Positions 11,229 to 20,878 are shown, counted from the first letter of the stretch. The stretch is DNA of 64,000 bases from an uncultured Phycisphaerales bacterium (GCA_963718665.1 OY970359.1:2304001-2368000); one strand, 5' to 3'. Program-made: numbers and translations. The notes: generated by a model not told the origin, from the sequence alone.

Positions 11229-12524
11229 ATGGCTAAAAGTTCCGTAATCCGTCCGACGGCGGAAGACAAAAAAGCAGTCGGCAAAATCGCAGAACTGGCA
11301 AAAAAAGCCGGTATCGATATAAAAGGCGGCAAGATAAGAAGAACGTCATCGCGGTTTTGCCTCGGCGTTGAGCACGGCGACTATAACGGAACCGAGCTTT
11401 TCGGCGTGGGCACTGACCGCTTTATCTGGATGGCATATAAGCCCGCCGAAGGGCGAGGTCTCGCCAAGGGCGGATCCGCCGAAGATTCTTCAATGCGGCT
11501 TTATAGCGGCAATTTCCCCGGCGACGGTGTGGTTGAATTTGAGCTGGGTAAAATCCCTGAGCCGAAATCACTGCAAACAGCCGACACGTGGGCGAGATTT
11601 GCTTATGGCGTTGATTTTGTTCTGCATCGGGCCGGCTACAAAATCACCAGAGGAATCAACGCAGTAATCTACGGCAATATCCCCGGCGGCGGGATGTCTC
11701 GCTCAGCTTCATTGGCCCTGAATCTGATACTGTCTGTTCTGGATGCCAATGGCATTGAGGAGCCGGATAAGCTCAAGATAGTAGATTTGGCACAGCAGGT
11801 CGAAAATGACTACATCGGCTCACCCTGCGGCAAATTAGACCAGATTATGATACTTTTCGCCCGTGAGGGTTTCGGCACTTACTACAATCCTAAAAAACAG
11901 TCGGTCGAGTATGTCCCATTGGGCAAACGTGCCGCTGATTTTTCGATTGTCGTAATGGATACCGGCACTGTTCGCCCAGGGCTGGAAAAATCGACTTATA
12001 AAATCAGGAGAGCCGAGTGCGAACAATTCGTTTCGATTCTCCAGAGGACCGGCTACAAAATTTCCTGTCTTGCCGACATCAAAACCGACGGCCTGTATGA
12101 AAAGATATTAGCCCAGTTTACCGGCCAATACCCCCACCTTTGTGACCGGTTCAAATATATCTTTGCCGCCCAGCAAAGATTTTACGAAATGTTAGACGCC
12201 TGGAAACGCGGGGACGTAGCGACGGTGGGGCGAATATTCCGCGAAGACGGCATCGGCCTTCGCGACGAGTATAAAATTTCAGGCCCTGAGCTCGAAACGA
12301 TGTGCGATATCGCAAGAACCATTCCCGGCTGTCTTGGCGAGCGAATGTTAGGCGGCGGGGATAAAGGTGCAGCCGGCGCATTGGTTAAAACCGCGAATGT
12401 CAAGGCCCTCAAAAAGGCGGTTGATATTGCATATCCTGCAAGCCGACCCGGTTTTGCCGATAAATACGCTGTCCACGTCTGCAAAGTCGTCGATGGCGTT
12501 AGAGTATACGACGGCATGATTTAA
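11229..12524 (+). CDS. Galactokinase-like GHMP sugar kinase
   Basis: GVEHGDYNG, GNIPGGGMSRSAS, ENDYIGSPCGKLDQ and RMLGGG motifs. Confidence 0.8.
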   Translation: MAKSSVIRPTAEDKKAVGKIAELAKKAGIDIKGGKIRRTSSRFCLGVEHGDYNGTELFGVGTDRFIWMAYKPAEGRGLAKGGSAEDSSMRLYSGNFPGDGVVEFELGKIPEPKSLQTADTWARFAYGVDFVLHRAGYKITRGINAVIYGNIPGGGMSRSASLALNLILSVLDANGIEEPDKLKIVDLAQQVENDYIGSPCGKLDQIMILFAREGFGTYYNPKKQSVEYVPLGKRAADFSIVVMDTGTVRPGLEKSTYKIRRAECEQFVSILQRTGYKISCLADIKTDGLYEKILAQFTGQYPHLCDRFKYIFAAQQRFYEMLDAWKRGDVATVGRIFREDGIGLRDEYKISGPELETMCDIARTIPGCLGERMLGGGDKGAAGALVKTANVKALKKAVDIAYPASRPGFADKYAVHVCKVVDGVRVYDGMI

Positions 12525-12874
12525 GCCTCGTATCTGCCGTCTTCCCATAGCGTCATGCCTGCCAAAATGGTTTTGGCAATCTGCCAAAAATGGTTTTGAA
12601 CTCTTAAACTCAATCAATATACGGAATCTACTACCGATTGATAAATAATTAGCATAAACACAACTTATTGTGGTGTAAATAGTTACGAGTAAAATGAAAA
12701 ATTACAGTTAAACGGGTGCCTATTCTCGACCTTTTGGCGCGCCATTTGCACTCCTAAATATCAAATATGTTTGCTCGGCGGAATGCCGAGGATTTGCTAA
12801 TAACACGTCTTCGTTCATTCCTAATCGAGAGTAATAACTATATGGACAAATGTTTAAGAAAAGGAGTACAGTTT

Positions 12875-13102
12875 ATGAGCGACAAATCTCATCATGTAGT
12901 CCATAACCCTGATGGTGGTTGGGACGTCAAAAAAGGCGGAGCTGAGCGTGCCTCAGAACATTTTGACACACAAAAGGAAGCCATCGATAAAGGCAGAGAA
13001 ATCAGTCAAAACCAACATACCGAATTTGTTATTCACGACCGGCACGGCCGAATCAGAGAAAAAGACAGTCATGGCCATGACCCCTATCCACCAAGAGGGT
13101 GA
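12875..13102 (+). CDS. DUF2188-family small protein
   Basis: HHVV...GGWDVKKGGAERAS.HFDTQKEAI..GREI...EFVIH...GRIR..DSHG.DPYPPRG; strong AAGGAG SD; stop abuts the CD-NTase start. Confidence 0.85.
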   Translation: MSDKSHHVVHNPDGGWDVKKGGAERASEHFDTQKEAIDKGREISQNQHTEFVIHDRHGRIREKDSHGHDPYPPRG

Positions 13103-13104
13103 TT

Positions 13105-13998
13105 ATGAGTAATTCATGGGAAGATAAATTTAGAGATTGGGCAAAACCACCCGGCAGGACGGAACAAGATCGTTGCGACAATGCGGCTTCTGCAATCCGT
13201 AATGCCATTAAAGCAAGCGACAAACTCCGAGAACGCAATATCACAATCTTTGCACAAGGCTCCTACCGGAATAATACCAACGTCCGTAAAAACAGCGACG
13301 TAGATATAGGAATCCTTTGCACGGATACATTTTTTTGTAATCCGCTTCCAGAAGGACGGACACGGGAAAATCTGAAAATATATGATGCTACCTATCAGTA
13401 CGAGCAGTACAAAAACGAAGTCGAAGAAGCCCTTGTAAACTACTTCGGGCGATATGTGGTCAAGCGTGGCAACAAGGCATTCGATATTCACGAAACGAGC
13501 TATCATGTCGAAGCCGACGTAGCAGCCTTCTTTGAACATCGTCGTTACTTTGCGGATGGGACATATCTTAAAGGTGTCGAATTACGAACCGACAAAGAGG
13601 ACCGGCGTGTCATCAACTGGCCCGAGCAGCATTACAACAACGGTACTAAAAAGAATGCAGATACTGGAACCCGTTTTAAGAGTATAGTGAGGGTGTTAAA
13701 GTCATTATCCGGCGAAATGACCGGGGCAGGCATACCGGCTGGGGATATTCCTGGCTATTTAATCGAGTGTCTTGTCTGGAACGTTCCCAACAATCAATTT
13801 CAGCATTCTACATACACCGCAGACGTTCGCTCAGTTCTTGCTTTCCTATTCAATAACACTATGAATCAGGAGGCGTGCAAGGAATGGGGAGAAGTCAGCG
13901 ACCTCCTCTACCTGTTTCACCCAGGCCAGAAGTGGACATGGCAGCAAGCACATGGCTTCACTGATACCGCATGGAACTATATCGGATTCGAGGGTTGA
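13105..13998 (+). CDS. CBASS cGAS/DncV-like nucleotidyltransferase (CD-NTase, CdnE-like)
   Basis: WAKPP N-terminus; QGSYRNNTNVR.NSDVDI Pol-beta motif; EADV third Asp; INWPEQHYNNG; YLIECLVWNVP. Confidence 0.9.
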   Translation: MSNSWEDKFRDWAKPPGRTEQDRCDNAASAIRNAIKASDKLRERNITIFAQGSYRNNTNVRKNSDVDIGILCTDTFFCNPLPEGRTRENLKIYDATYQYEQYKNEVEEALVNYFGRYVVKRGNKAFDIHETSYHVEADVAAFFEHRRYFADGTYLKGVELRTDKEDRRVINWPEQHYNNGTKKNADTGTRFKSIVRVLKSLSGEMTGAGIPAGDIPGYLIECLVWNVPNNQFQHSTYTADVRSVLAFLFNNTMNQEACKEWGEVSDLLYLFHPGQKWTWQQAHGFTDTAWNYIGFEG

Positions 13999-14000
13999 CT

Positions 14001-14660
14001 ATGAGGAACGTAAACCTAAAGCTATTTCTTTTTATTCTTTTGGGGTTCTCGGCACTCGTATGGTTTGCCATCGCTACGGCAAACGGGCTAAATATGAAGA
14101 ACCTATTCGACTTCATCCGCCCGATTCCAAAAGTTGTCACTGTCGACCTTCTGCTTGTCGGTGTTTTCATGAAGTGGGGCTGGCGATGGAAATATCTCCA
14201 AGGTTGGCTTGTTCCGTTCCCAGATTTAAACGGAACATGGCAAGGGCATATCCAAACCAACTGGAAGGATGCTCAAGGCAAGACACCAGGGCCTATTCCA
14301 GTCATACTCACAATCAATCAGACTTTCGGGCGGATTAGTTGCGTCATGCGGACAGATGAAATGGAAAGCCGAAGTTATATTGAAGGTTTCTGCATCGACA
14401 AGGAAAGGCAGATTCTACAACTCTGCTACTCCTACACTAGCAAACCGAAAGCAAGTCTTAGAGACCGGAGCACGCCGCACGATGGTTCAATACTTTTTAA
14501 CATCATTGGTAAGCCAGTTCATAAACTAGAAGGCGAATACTGGACACAACGTCAGACAATTGGAACTGTAACGCTGACTTTTTTAACGAAGAAACTTCTC
14601 GACGAGTTTCCTTCGAATTCTCCTATTTGCCCTCTTTCTAATAGAAGTGTATATTCATAG
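14001..14660 (+). CDS. CBASS 2TM/beta-barrel effector (Cap15-like)
   Basis: Two N-terminal TM helices, then PDLNGTW.G, ES.S, YSY, H.G and LEGEYWT.R beta-rich domain; directly downstream of the CD-NTase. Confidence 0.85.
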   Translation: MRNVNLKLFLFILLGFSALVWFAIATANGLNMKNLFDFIRPIPKVVTVDLLLVGVFMKWGWRWKYLQGWLVPFPDLNGTWQGHIQTNWKDAQGKTPGPIPVILTINQTFGRISCVMRTDEMESRSYIEGFCIDKERQILQLCYSYTSKPKASLRDRSTPHDGSILFNIIGKPVHKLEGEYWTQRQTIGTVTLTFLTKKLLDEFPSNSPICPLSNRSVYS

Positions 14661-14894
14661 GGTGAGAAGAAATAAGGTCAGATGCTAATTAGTCTGTAGA
14701 TTTTTGGAATAAGTTTGGCCTGCCGCGTATTATGTTGGTATTAAGTATTGAATATTAAGGAGATAAGTAATGAAATAGGGGAAAACCGGGGACAGCAATC
14801 GTTTTTTTCGTAGTGCAACGGAGACCTCGGCGTAGTTCTTCAACGTAGCCGGGCGGCGGTATCCGACACGGAGCGAAGCGACGAGCCCGTTTCG

Positions 14895-14947
14895 GAATTA
14901 CGATATACTAAATACGAACTACTAACGACTATCGACTAACGACTAAG
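14895..14947. repeat. 7-bp period tandem repeat
   Basis: gaattac gatatac taaatac gaactac taacgac tatcgac taacgac taag. Confidence 0.75.
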
Positions 14948-14999
14948 TTCCATAAAATTTCCCTGTCTGATAATCCGGAACTTTGATAAACTAACAGAC

Positions 15000-16094
15000 A
15001 TGCTCAAAAAGATTACAATGGAAGATTTGGGGTACGATATTTTTTTTGAATCCAACCGCAAAAAATTGGGACTGGATAATTTTGATGTTGCCCGCGTTAT
15101 TGTTGAACACAGAGAAGCTTACAAAATTAAGAACGCAAACGGCGAATATTTGGCGAAAATAACCGGTAGCCTGCTGTTCAGCGCTTCGTCGCGAGAAGAT
15201 TACCCGGCAGTGGGAGATTGGGTGGCAGCGACCATCCTGGACCCGGAACATGCCGCAATCCATAACATACTGCCGAGAAAGACAATAATAAAAAGAAAGC
15301 GCACTAATAAAAGCCGGACCGGCGGAAGAGACGAGATACAAATCATAGCGACAAATATTGATGTTGCATTTATCACTGAGTCGATTGGCAGGGACTTCAA
15401 TCTCAATCGTTTTGAAAGATATTTCGCCATAGCGAAAGATGGAGGAGTGAAACCGGTTATAATCTTAAACAAAATAGATTTGATTTCCAATGAACAGCTC
15501 TGTTCAAAATTGACAGAGATAAAAAACAGATTTAATGAAGTTGAAATTGTCCCCGCCAGTTCCGTAAACGAAGAAGGTCTCGGAGAATTAAAAAATTATA
15601 TAGAAAAAGGAAAAACTTACTGCTTTCTTGGTTCCAGCGGAGTGGGAAAATCCTCTTTGATAAACAAACTGCTTGGCGAAGACATTATAAAAACTAAAAG
15701 CATAAATCTCCGCTCAGGCCGGGGCAGGCACGTCACTACAGCCAGACAAATGTATTTTTTGGCCAATGGTGGCATTGTTATAGATAATCCGGGAATGCGA
15801 GAGGTAGCAATGACGGATGCCGGTGCCGGCATAGACGGCCTGTTTGATGAAATAACCGCTTTGGCCAATGAATGCAAATATGCTGATTGCACACATGTAA
15901 ACCAGCCGGGTTGCGCAGTTTTAGAGGCATTAAAATCAGGCAACCTGGATGCGGAAAAATATTCGAACTATATCAATCTGAAAAAGCAAGCCCGGTATTA
16001 TGAAATGAACGAGCTTGAGAAGAGAGAAAAGGACCGCAAATTCGGAAAATTTGTGAAAAAGGCAAAACAGCAGGTAAAAAAATATAAGTATTAA
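15000..16094 (+). CDS. rsgA: Ribosome small subunit-dependent GTPase A
   Basis: VGDWV, NKID, GSSGVGKSS, GRHVT, DNPG and C-terminal CKYADCTH....GC Zn site. Confidence 0.92.
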   Translation: MLKKITMEDLGYDIFFESNRKKLGLDNFDVARVIVEHREAYKIKNANGEYLAKITGSLLFSASSREDYPAVGDWVAATILDPEHAAIHNILPRKTIIKRKRTNKSRTGGRDEIQIIATNIDVAFITESIGRDFNLNRFERYFAIAKDGGVKPVIILNKIDLISNEQLCSKLTEIKNRFNEVEIVPASSVNEEGLGELKNYIEKGKTYCFLGSSGVGKSSLINKLLGEDIIKTKSINLRSGRGRHVTTARQMYFLANGGIVIDNPGMREVAMTDAGAGIDGLFDEITALANECKYADCTHVNQPGCAVLEALKSGNLDAEKYSNYINLKKQARYYEMNELEKREKDRKFGKFVKKAKQQVKKYKY

Positions 16095-16130
16095 TATCCT
16101 CAAGTAAAAAAAATAAGTATTAATATCCTC
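16084..16130 (+). repeat. 18-bp direct repeat spanning the rsgA stop
   Basis: ataagtattaatatcctc at 16084-16101 and 16113-16130. Confidence 0.85.
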
Positions 16131-16356
16131 TTTGCTCTTTGCTTTGAAAAACTTCCCTTCCTCATCCCCGATAATCAACCCTTAGAAATTTCGTCGAAAT
16201 TTCAAGGACCTGGTCCCGGAAATCTTTCAGATTTCTCGGGATTATCAATAATCAATCATCAATGAGTTAATCTGGGCAACTTGCCCCATCGACCGATACA
16301 CACAAAAACGAGGGGCAACAAGGGGCAAGTATCGTTTTCAGTGTAATAATGAGGAT

Positions 16357-17181
16357 TTAGAAGCCGCGGAGGGTGGTGCTTTGTCGTCTGGGCAGGCCGG
16401 GTTTGGGCAGACGTTTTAAAATGACGTATTCGATTCCATTTGCTTTGCAGAAGTCGCGTTTTTCAGGTCTGTCGCCATCTTCGTTGACCGCGTAAATATC
16501 CGGCTTGATTCGGCGAATTTCGGGTTCCGCGTCCAGCCAGCCGTCGCTGGTGGAAATTAAGGACTGCTTGACGTATTTGATTGACTGGACAACAAACCAT
16601 CTTTGCAGTTGCGAGAACATCGGATGTCCCTCACCTTTGTAAGCCCTGATGGTTTTATCGTTACCGACGGTAACATAGAGGTCGCCCAATTCGGATACTT
16701 CCTCGAAGAATCGCACGTGGCCCGAGTGAAACCAGTCGTAACAGCCGGTAACAATAACTTTCTTTCGGGAGGGAACTGTTTTCTGTAAATCAGGGGCATA
16801 ATCAGGAAATATGCTAAGAAGATTGTTTTTCAGGACTTGATATTTAATGTTGTTGGCTTGGCAAAATGTTTTTTTCTCAACACAGTCATTTTGCTCGTCC
16901 ACGGCCCAAATCTCTGGTTTGAATCCCGATGTTTTCGGAAGGGCATCCGGATTAACATCGTTGCATACTATTACCTTATGGATATAGCGAATTGAATCGA
17001 GCAGATATAGCCGTTCTTCCTGCGGGAATTTTGGCGGTTTGCCTGTTATTTTTACTATCGCATCGTCGGACCAGAGCAGGGCAAACACATTGCCGAGTTT
17101 TGCTGTTTCCTCGAAAAACCTGAAATTGGTCGGCCTGAGGTCGTCAAATGCGCCGCAGACAGCTACGGTATAGGTTGTCAT
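16357..17181 (-). CDS. Tandem-domain cytidylyl/adenylyltransferase (HxGH family)
   Basis: Degenerate first domain GAFDDL; intact second domain TGCYDWFHSGH; start overlaps the kinase stop (ATGA). Confidence 0.8.
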   Translation of the reverse strand: MTTYTVAVCGAFDDLRPTNFRFFEETAKLGNVFALLWSDDAIVKITGKPPKFPQEERLYLLDSIRYIHKVIVCNDVNPDALPKTSGFKPEIWAVDEQNDCVEKKTFCQANNIKYQVLKNNLLSIFPDYAPDLQKTVPSRKKVIVTGCYDWFHSGHVRFFEEVSELGDLYVTVGNDKTIRAYKGEGHPMFSQLQRWFVVQSIKYVKQSLISTSDGWLDAEPEIRRIKPDIYAVNEDGDRPEKRDFCKANGIEYVILKRLPKPGLPRRQSTTLRGF

Positions 17182-17978
17182 TTTGCCACTCTTACGGTAG
17201 CGTGAAACGCTCCCGGCACCGGCTCTTCTGAAATTACGTAGAGATAACCGCCGCCGCAGCCAGAACACATCGCACCGGCGTACTTGTGCTGATAAAAATC
17301 AAGCAGTTCCAGAAGGTCAAGGGTCAAAACTGGATGCTTGAAATTCTGCGGCAGAAGTATCTCCCAGCATCGCATATTTTCGTTCAGCGATTCGCCGAGA
17401 CCTTTTATATCCATTCTGGTAATCGCGTCAAAACAATCCTTTCCGGCCTGCCCGAGCCGGGAAACCCATTTTGGGTCGAGGTTTTTCACGCCGAGGGGAT
17501 TATAACCTTCAGGCCGGGGCATAACTGTCAGGATATGAATGACCCGCGAGAGCCACTGTGCGATTTCGGGGTTGTTGTTGGATTCTATATGGCAGGGGAA
17601 TATGCCCCCCTCATAATTGAAGTCGTAATCCAGCCGGTTTATGCCGGGATAAATCAAACCAATCATATCCTGCGAGCCGGAGGGTTCTGTCTTACCCTTG
17701 TTTTCCGCATTGTAAAGTTCCTGGACCAGCTTAGCCGGGTTGCCATCCGGTACGACATCACCCCACAATTTCAGCGCGACCGACCGTGTGCTGCTGCAGA
17801 TGCCGGCCCTGTCCATAAAACGGAACTCCGGCTCAATATTGACCACCACCATCGACCCCGGAGGTGACGGGTTGTGTTTCGAGACGAAGGGCTGGTCAAT
17901 CCATCCGCCCGCCAGTGCGAGGCGGTATGGTATCCTGCCTATGAGGTCGGTTATATGAGGTTCCTGTTGTCTTGTCAT
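17178..17978 (-). CDS. GHMP-family sugar kinase-like protein
   Basis: PYRLALAGGWID, DRAGICSST, SGSQD and CSGCGGGY motifs; TGATG overlap with the epimerase. Confidence 0.7.
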   Translation of the reverse strand: MTRQQEPHITDLIGRIPYRLALAGGWIDQPFVSKHNPSPPGSMVVVNIEPEFRFMDRAGICSSTRSVALKLWGDVVPDGNPAKLVQELYNAENKGKTEPSGSQDMIGLIYPGINRLDYDFNYEGGIFPCHIESNNNPEIAQWLSRVIHILTVMPRPEGYNPLGVKNLDPKWVSRLGQAGKDCFDAITRMDIKGLGESLNENMRCWEILLPQNFKHPVLTLDLLELLDFYQHKYAGAMCSGCGGGYLYVISEEPVPGAFHATVRVAK

Positions 17979-19024
17979 CAGATAACAATTTGTCTGCCTG
18001 CTTTTCGGGCCATATACTGTTGCTCTATCCACTTATATGTCGCCTTTAGGCCATCTCGCAGTGTAGCGTCCGGTTCCCAGTTCAGAATTTTTCTAATCAT
18101 CCTGTTATCGCTGTTTCTGCCTGCCACGCCTTTGGGTGCGTCCAAATCGTACTCGCGTTTTAGTTTAACGCCGCCGATTTCTTCGACAATACTCACTAAT
18201 TTGTTGATGGAGACCAGCTCATGCGAGCCGAGATTGATAGGGGTGGCGATTAGGTCTTCACAGTGCATAATCATATCGATGCCCTTGGTGCAGTTATCGA
18301 TAAACATAAAGCTGCGGGTCTGTTTGCCATCGCCCCAGATTGTAATTGTTTCGTTACCTGTATCTTTTGCCTCGATCACCTTACGGCACATAGCGGCTGG
18401 CGCCTTTTCGCGTCCGCCATCCCATGTGCCGAATGGGCCATATACGTTGTGGAATCGGGCGATGAACGTCTTGAGGCCTCTTTGGGCCCAGTATTCCTGG
18501 CAAAACATCTCGGACATAAGTTTTTCCCAGCCATAACCCCTTTCCGCCATAGCTGGATAGGCGTCCGATTCCTTCAATGCTCTGACTTTGGGGTCTTTTT
18601 GCAGGTCGGTGTTATATGCGCAGGCGGAAGAGGAGAAGAAATACCGTTTTGCTCCTGCCCGCCATGCTGACTCAATCATATGTGTGTTGATGAGAATACT
18701 GCGCAGGCATTCGATTCTGAATCGCTCGATAAACCCCATGCCGCCCATATCCGCGGCGAGGTTATATACTTCGACCGCGCCCTCGCAGGCTTTTTTGCAG
18801 TTGGCCTCTATGCTCAGATCCATACAAAGACATTCCACGCCGGGGACGCGTTGGTACCATTCTGGCAATGGTTTCTTGTCTATCGCGCGAATCCGGGTGA
18901 ACCCGCGGTCGTGGAAATATCTCGCCAAAGAGCCGGCGATAAAACCGCCTGCGCCACCTATTACAATCAAATCATCTTTTTTCAGTTCCGAACTAATAGC
19001 ACTCTTTTTGGGCATAGTAATCAT
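17978..19024 (-). CDS. NAD-dependent epimerase, GDP-mannose 3,5-epimerase-like
   Basis: GAGGFIA, NLAADMGGMGFI, SSACAY, YGWEK, RFHNVYGP.GTWDGGREKAPAA.CRK. Confidence 0.85.
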   Translation of the reverse strand: MITMPKKSAISSELKKDDLIVIGGAGGFIAGSLARYFHDRGFTRIRAIDKKPLPEWYQRVPGVECLCMDLSIEANCKKACEGAVEVYNLAADMGGMGFIERFRIECLRSILINTHMIESAWRAGAKRYFFSSSACAYNTDLQKDPKVRALKESDAYPAMAERGYGWEKLMSEMFCQEYWAQRGLKTFIARFHNVYGPFGTWDGGREKAPAAMCRKVIEAKDTGNETITIWGDGKQTRSFMFIDNCTKGIDMIMHCEDLIATPINLGSHELVSINKLVSIVEEIGGVKLKREYDLDAPKGVAGRNSDNRMIRKILNWEPDATLRDGLKATYKWIEQQYMARKAGRQIVI

Positions 19025-20625
19025 CTCTTTTCTGGTTGGATTCTAACGAGGATTACGCCATGGGGTCGAACCATTGCCTCGAAACTGTCGCTGTATATGC
19101 CGATATTCTTTTGCCTCCAGAGGTCGCGGACGCCCTGATTGCCGGTTACGCCAAGCTGCTGCCAGGTTATTTTGACGGCGTTCGGCTCTTCACCTGTATT
19201 GAAAAGTCCTACTGCTTTTGAGCCGTCTTCAAGGTCTTTGGCCAATACCTGGATTGTGCCCGTTGCGTAGATTTGTTTTGCCATTTTGCCGAGTGGGTCC
19301 TGATTAATCGCGAGCACCTCATCGTTGGTAAGCAGGTTCAGCGTGAAGCTGTCGAGCTGGTCTAAGGGGCAACCCAGCAGCAGGGGGGCAGACCATAAGC
19401 ACCAAAGCGATATATGCGTGTATTGTTCGTCGGGGGTCAGTTTGGTGGGATGGGGCGTTCCCCAGCCGACCTTGCCGACGACCAGCATATCCGCGTCGTT
19501 CCAGTGCCCTGGGCCGTTAAAGGATGCCCATTTTTCGTGCTGTTTCCAGATGTCAAATACGCCTTGCGCCCACTGACTTTCGCCTGGGGGTAGCTGAGTT
19601 TTACTCCAGATGTCGCGAATATCGCCAGTGGTTCGCCAGCAGTTGGCTAATTTTACCCACGTTGCCGCTTTATTGAACGGTGCGCTATTGGAAAGCGAAT
19701 AGACGATATCACGCCCGCTTGCGCGAAGGGCGTTGGCCATACGTTTTGTGTTTATCTCATCGTTGGGATTCCAGTCATATTTGAGATAATCGATTCCCCA
19801 CGCTGCCCACTGGTCGGCGTCGTTTGAATCGAAGGCGAATTTTCCCACGCGGTGGTTCTTTTTGGAATAGTTTTCATAACCCTCGATTTTTTCCCAGGAG
19901 CCGTCCTCATTATCGCTGGAACCGCCTACATAGCCGCCGTATGTGGTTATCCAGGGTGTCGAGTAAATGCCGGATTTCAGGCCCAGTGAGTGGATGTAGT
20001 CGCAAAGTCCCTTCATATCCGGGAATTTTTTGTTTGGCTGTATGGCGTTTAATTGTCCGCCTCGGCTTCCCTCCCAAGTGTCGTCGATATTGATATAGGT
20101 CCAGCCGTGGTTGACGAGTCCGCTGTCAATCATCGCCTTTGCGGATGCGCGGACGTTTTTATCTGAGACCTGGGCTGCCCAGCAGTTCCAGCTGTTCCAG
20201 CCCATAGGGGGGGTCATGGCAATACTGTCGCCGCCGACAATTTTGAATTCCCTTGTTGCGACGGCGAGGGTATTTTGTGCCTTGAGTGTTACGTTATAAG
20301 TTCCCGGCGTTGTCAGCGTGCCGGTTATCAGGCCGGTGCTGCTGTCGATTGTCAGTCCCGTCGGCAGGTTATCCGCGGCAAAGACAATCGGTCGCTGGCC
20401 TGTAGCAGGAACGATGAAAAGGAAAGGACTTCCGGGTCTGACGCCGAAAACCTTTGCGCCGTTTATTCTCGGCTCGTCGGAGACCTTGGGCGTAAGGACA
20501 TACCGTTCTGTTACGGGCAGCTTTAATTCCTTCGGCGAATATGTTTTCTGTTGGCTGGCCATATCACATCCGGAAATTAAAAGCAGGGCAGTAAGAACAT
20601 TGATTATCGCGATTTGTTTTCTCAT
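19021..20625 (-). CDS. GH27 alpha-galactosidase with N-terminal Ig-like domain, lipoprotein
   Basis: ISGC lipobox; TPPMGWNSWN, YINIDDTW, DYLKYDW, WRTTGDI and WNDADML motifs. Confidence 0.92.
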   Translation of the reverse strand: MRKQIAIINVLTALLLISGCDMASQQKTYSPKELKLPVTERYVLTPKVSDEPRINGAKVFGVRPGSPFLFIVPATGQRPIVFAADNLPTGLTIDSSTGLITGTLTTPGTYNVTLKAQNTLAVATREFKIVGGDSIAMTPPMGWNSWNCWAAQVSDKNVRASAKAMIDSGLVNHGWTYINIDDTWEGSRGGQLNAIQPNKKFPDMKGLCDYIHSLGLKSGIYSTPWITTYGGYVGGSSDNEDGSWEKIEGYENYSKKNHRVGKFAFDSNDADQWAAWGIDYLKYDWNPNDEINTKRMANALRASGRDIVYSLSNSAPFNKAATWVKLANCWRTTGDIRDIWSKTQLPPGESQWAQGVFDIWKQHEKWASFNGPGHWNDADMLVVGKVGWGTPHPTKLTPDEQYTHISLWCLWSAPLLLGCPLDQLDSFTLNLLTNDEVLAINQDPLGKMAKQIYATGTIQVLAKDLEDGSKAVGLFNTGEEPNAVKITWQQLGVTGNQGVRDLWRQKNIGIYSDSFEAMVRPHGVILVRIQPEKR

Positions 20626-20766
20626 AAGACCCGTCCTTTCTTATTCTTAAAACGACCATAAGCATTTGTTAATCGCCGCATAAGCGATTTCAAACTTTAA
20701 CTTATTGCGGGCCAGTTATCAAGGACAGAAAAATAGCGGCGGAGCGGGAAAAATATTGTAAAATTA

Positions 20767-20807
20767 TTGACGAACCATAGCTTATCCTATATCGTAGCTA
20801 CTACGAT
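20767..20807 (+). promoter_or_regulatory. Sigma70-type promoter with an overlapping palindrome (candidate PerR/Fur box)
   Basis: TTGACG-N17-TATCGT; ATCGTAG-cta-CTACGAT at 20791-20807. Confidence 0.6.
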
Positions 20808-20878
20808 TCACGAGAAACAACCGGCTTCGGATTTTGGTACGAGAAAGGGCGTGCAGATAAAATGATAAGGGCACAAAA

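Noticed and set aside
12658..12676. ACACAACTTATTGTGG resembling an NrdR box
   Set aside because: Single imperfect copy with no nucleotide-reductase gene nearby.
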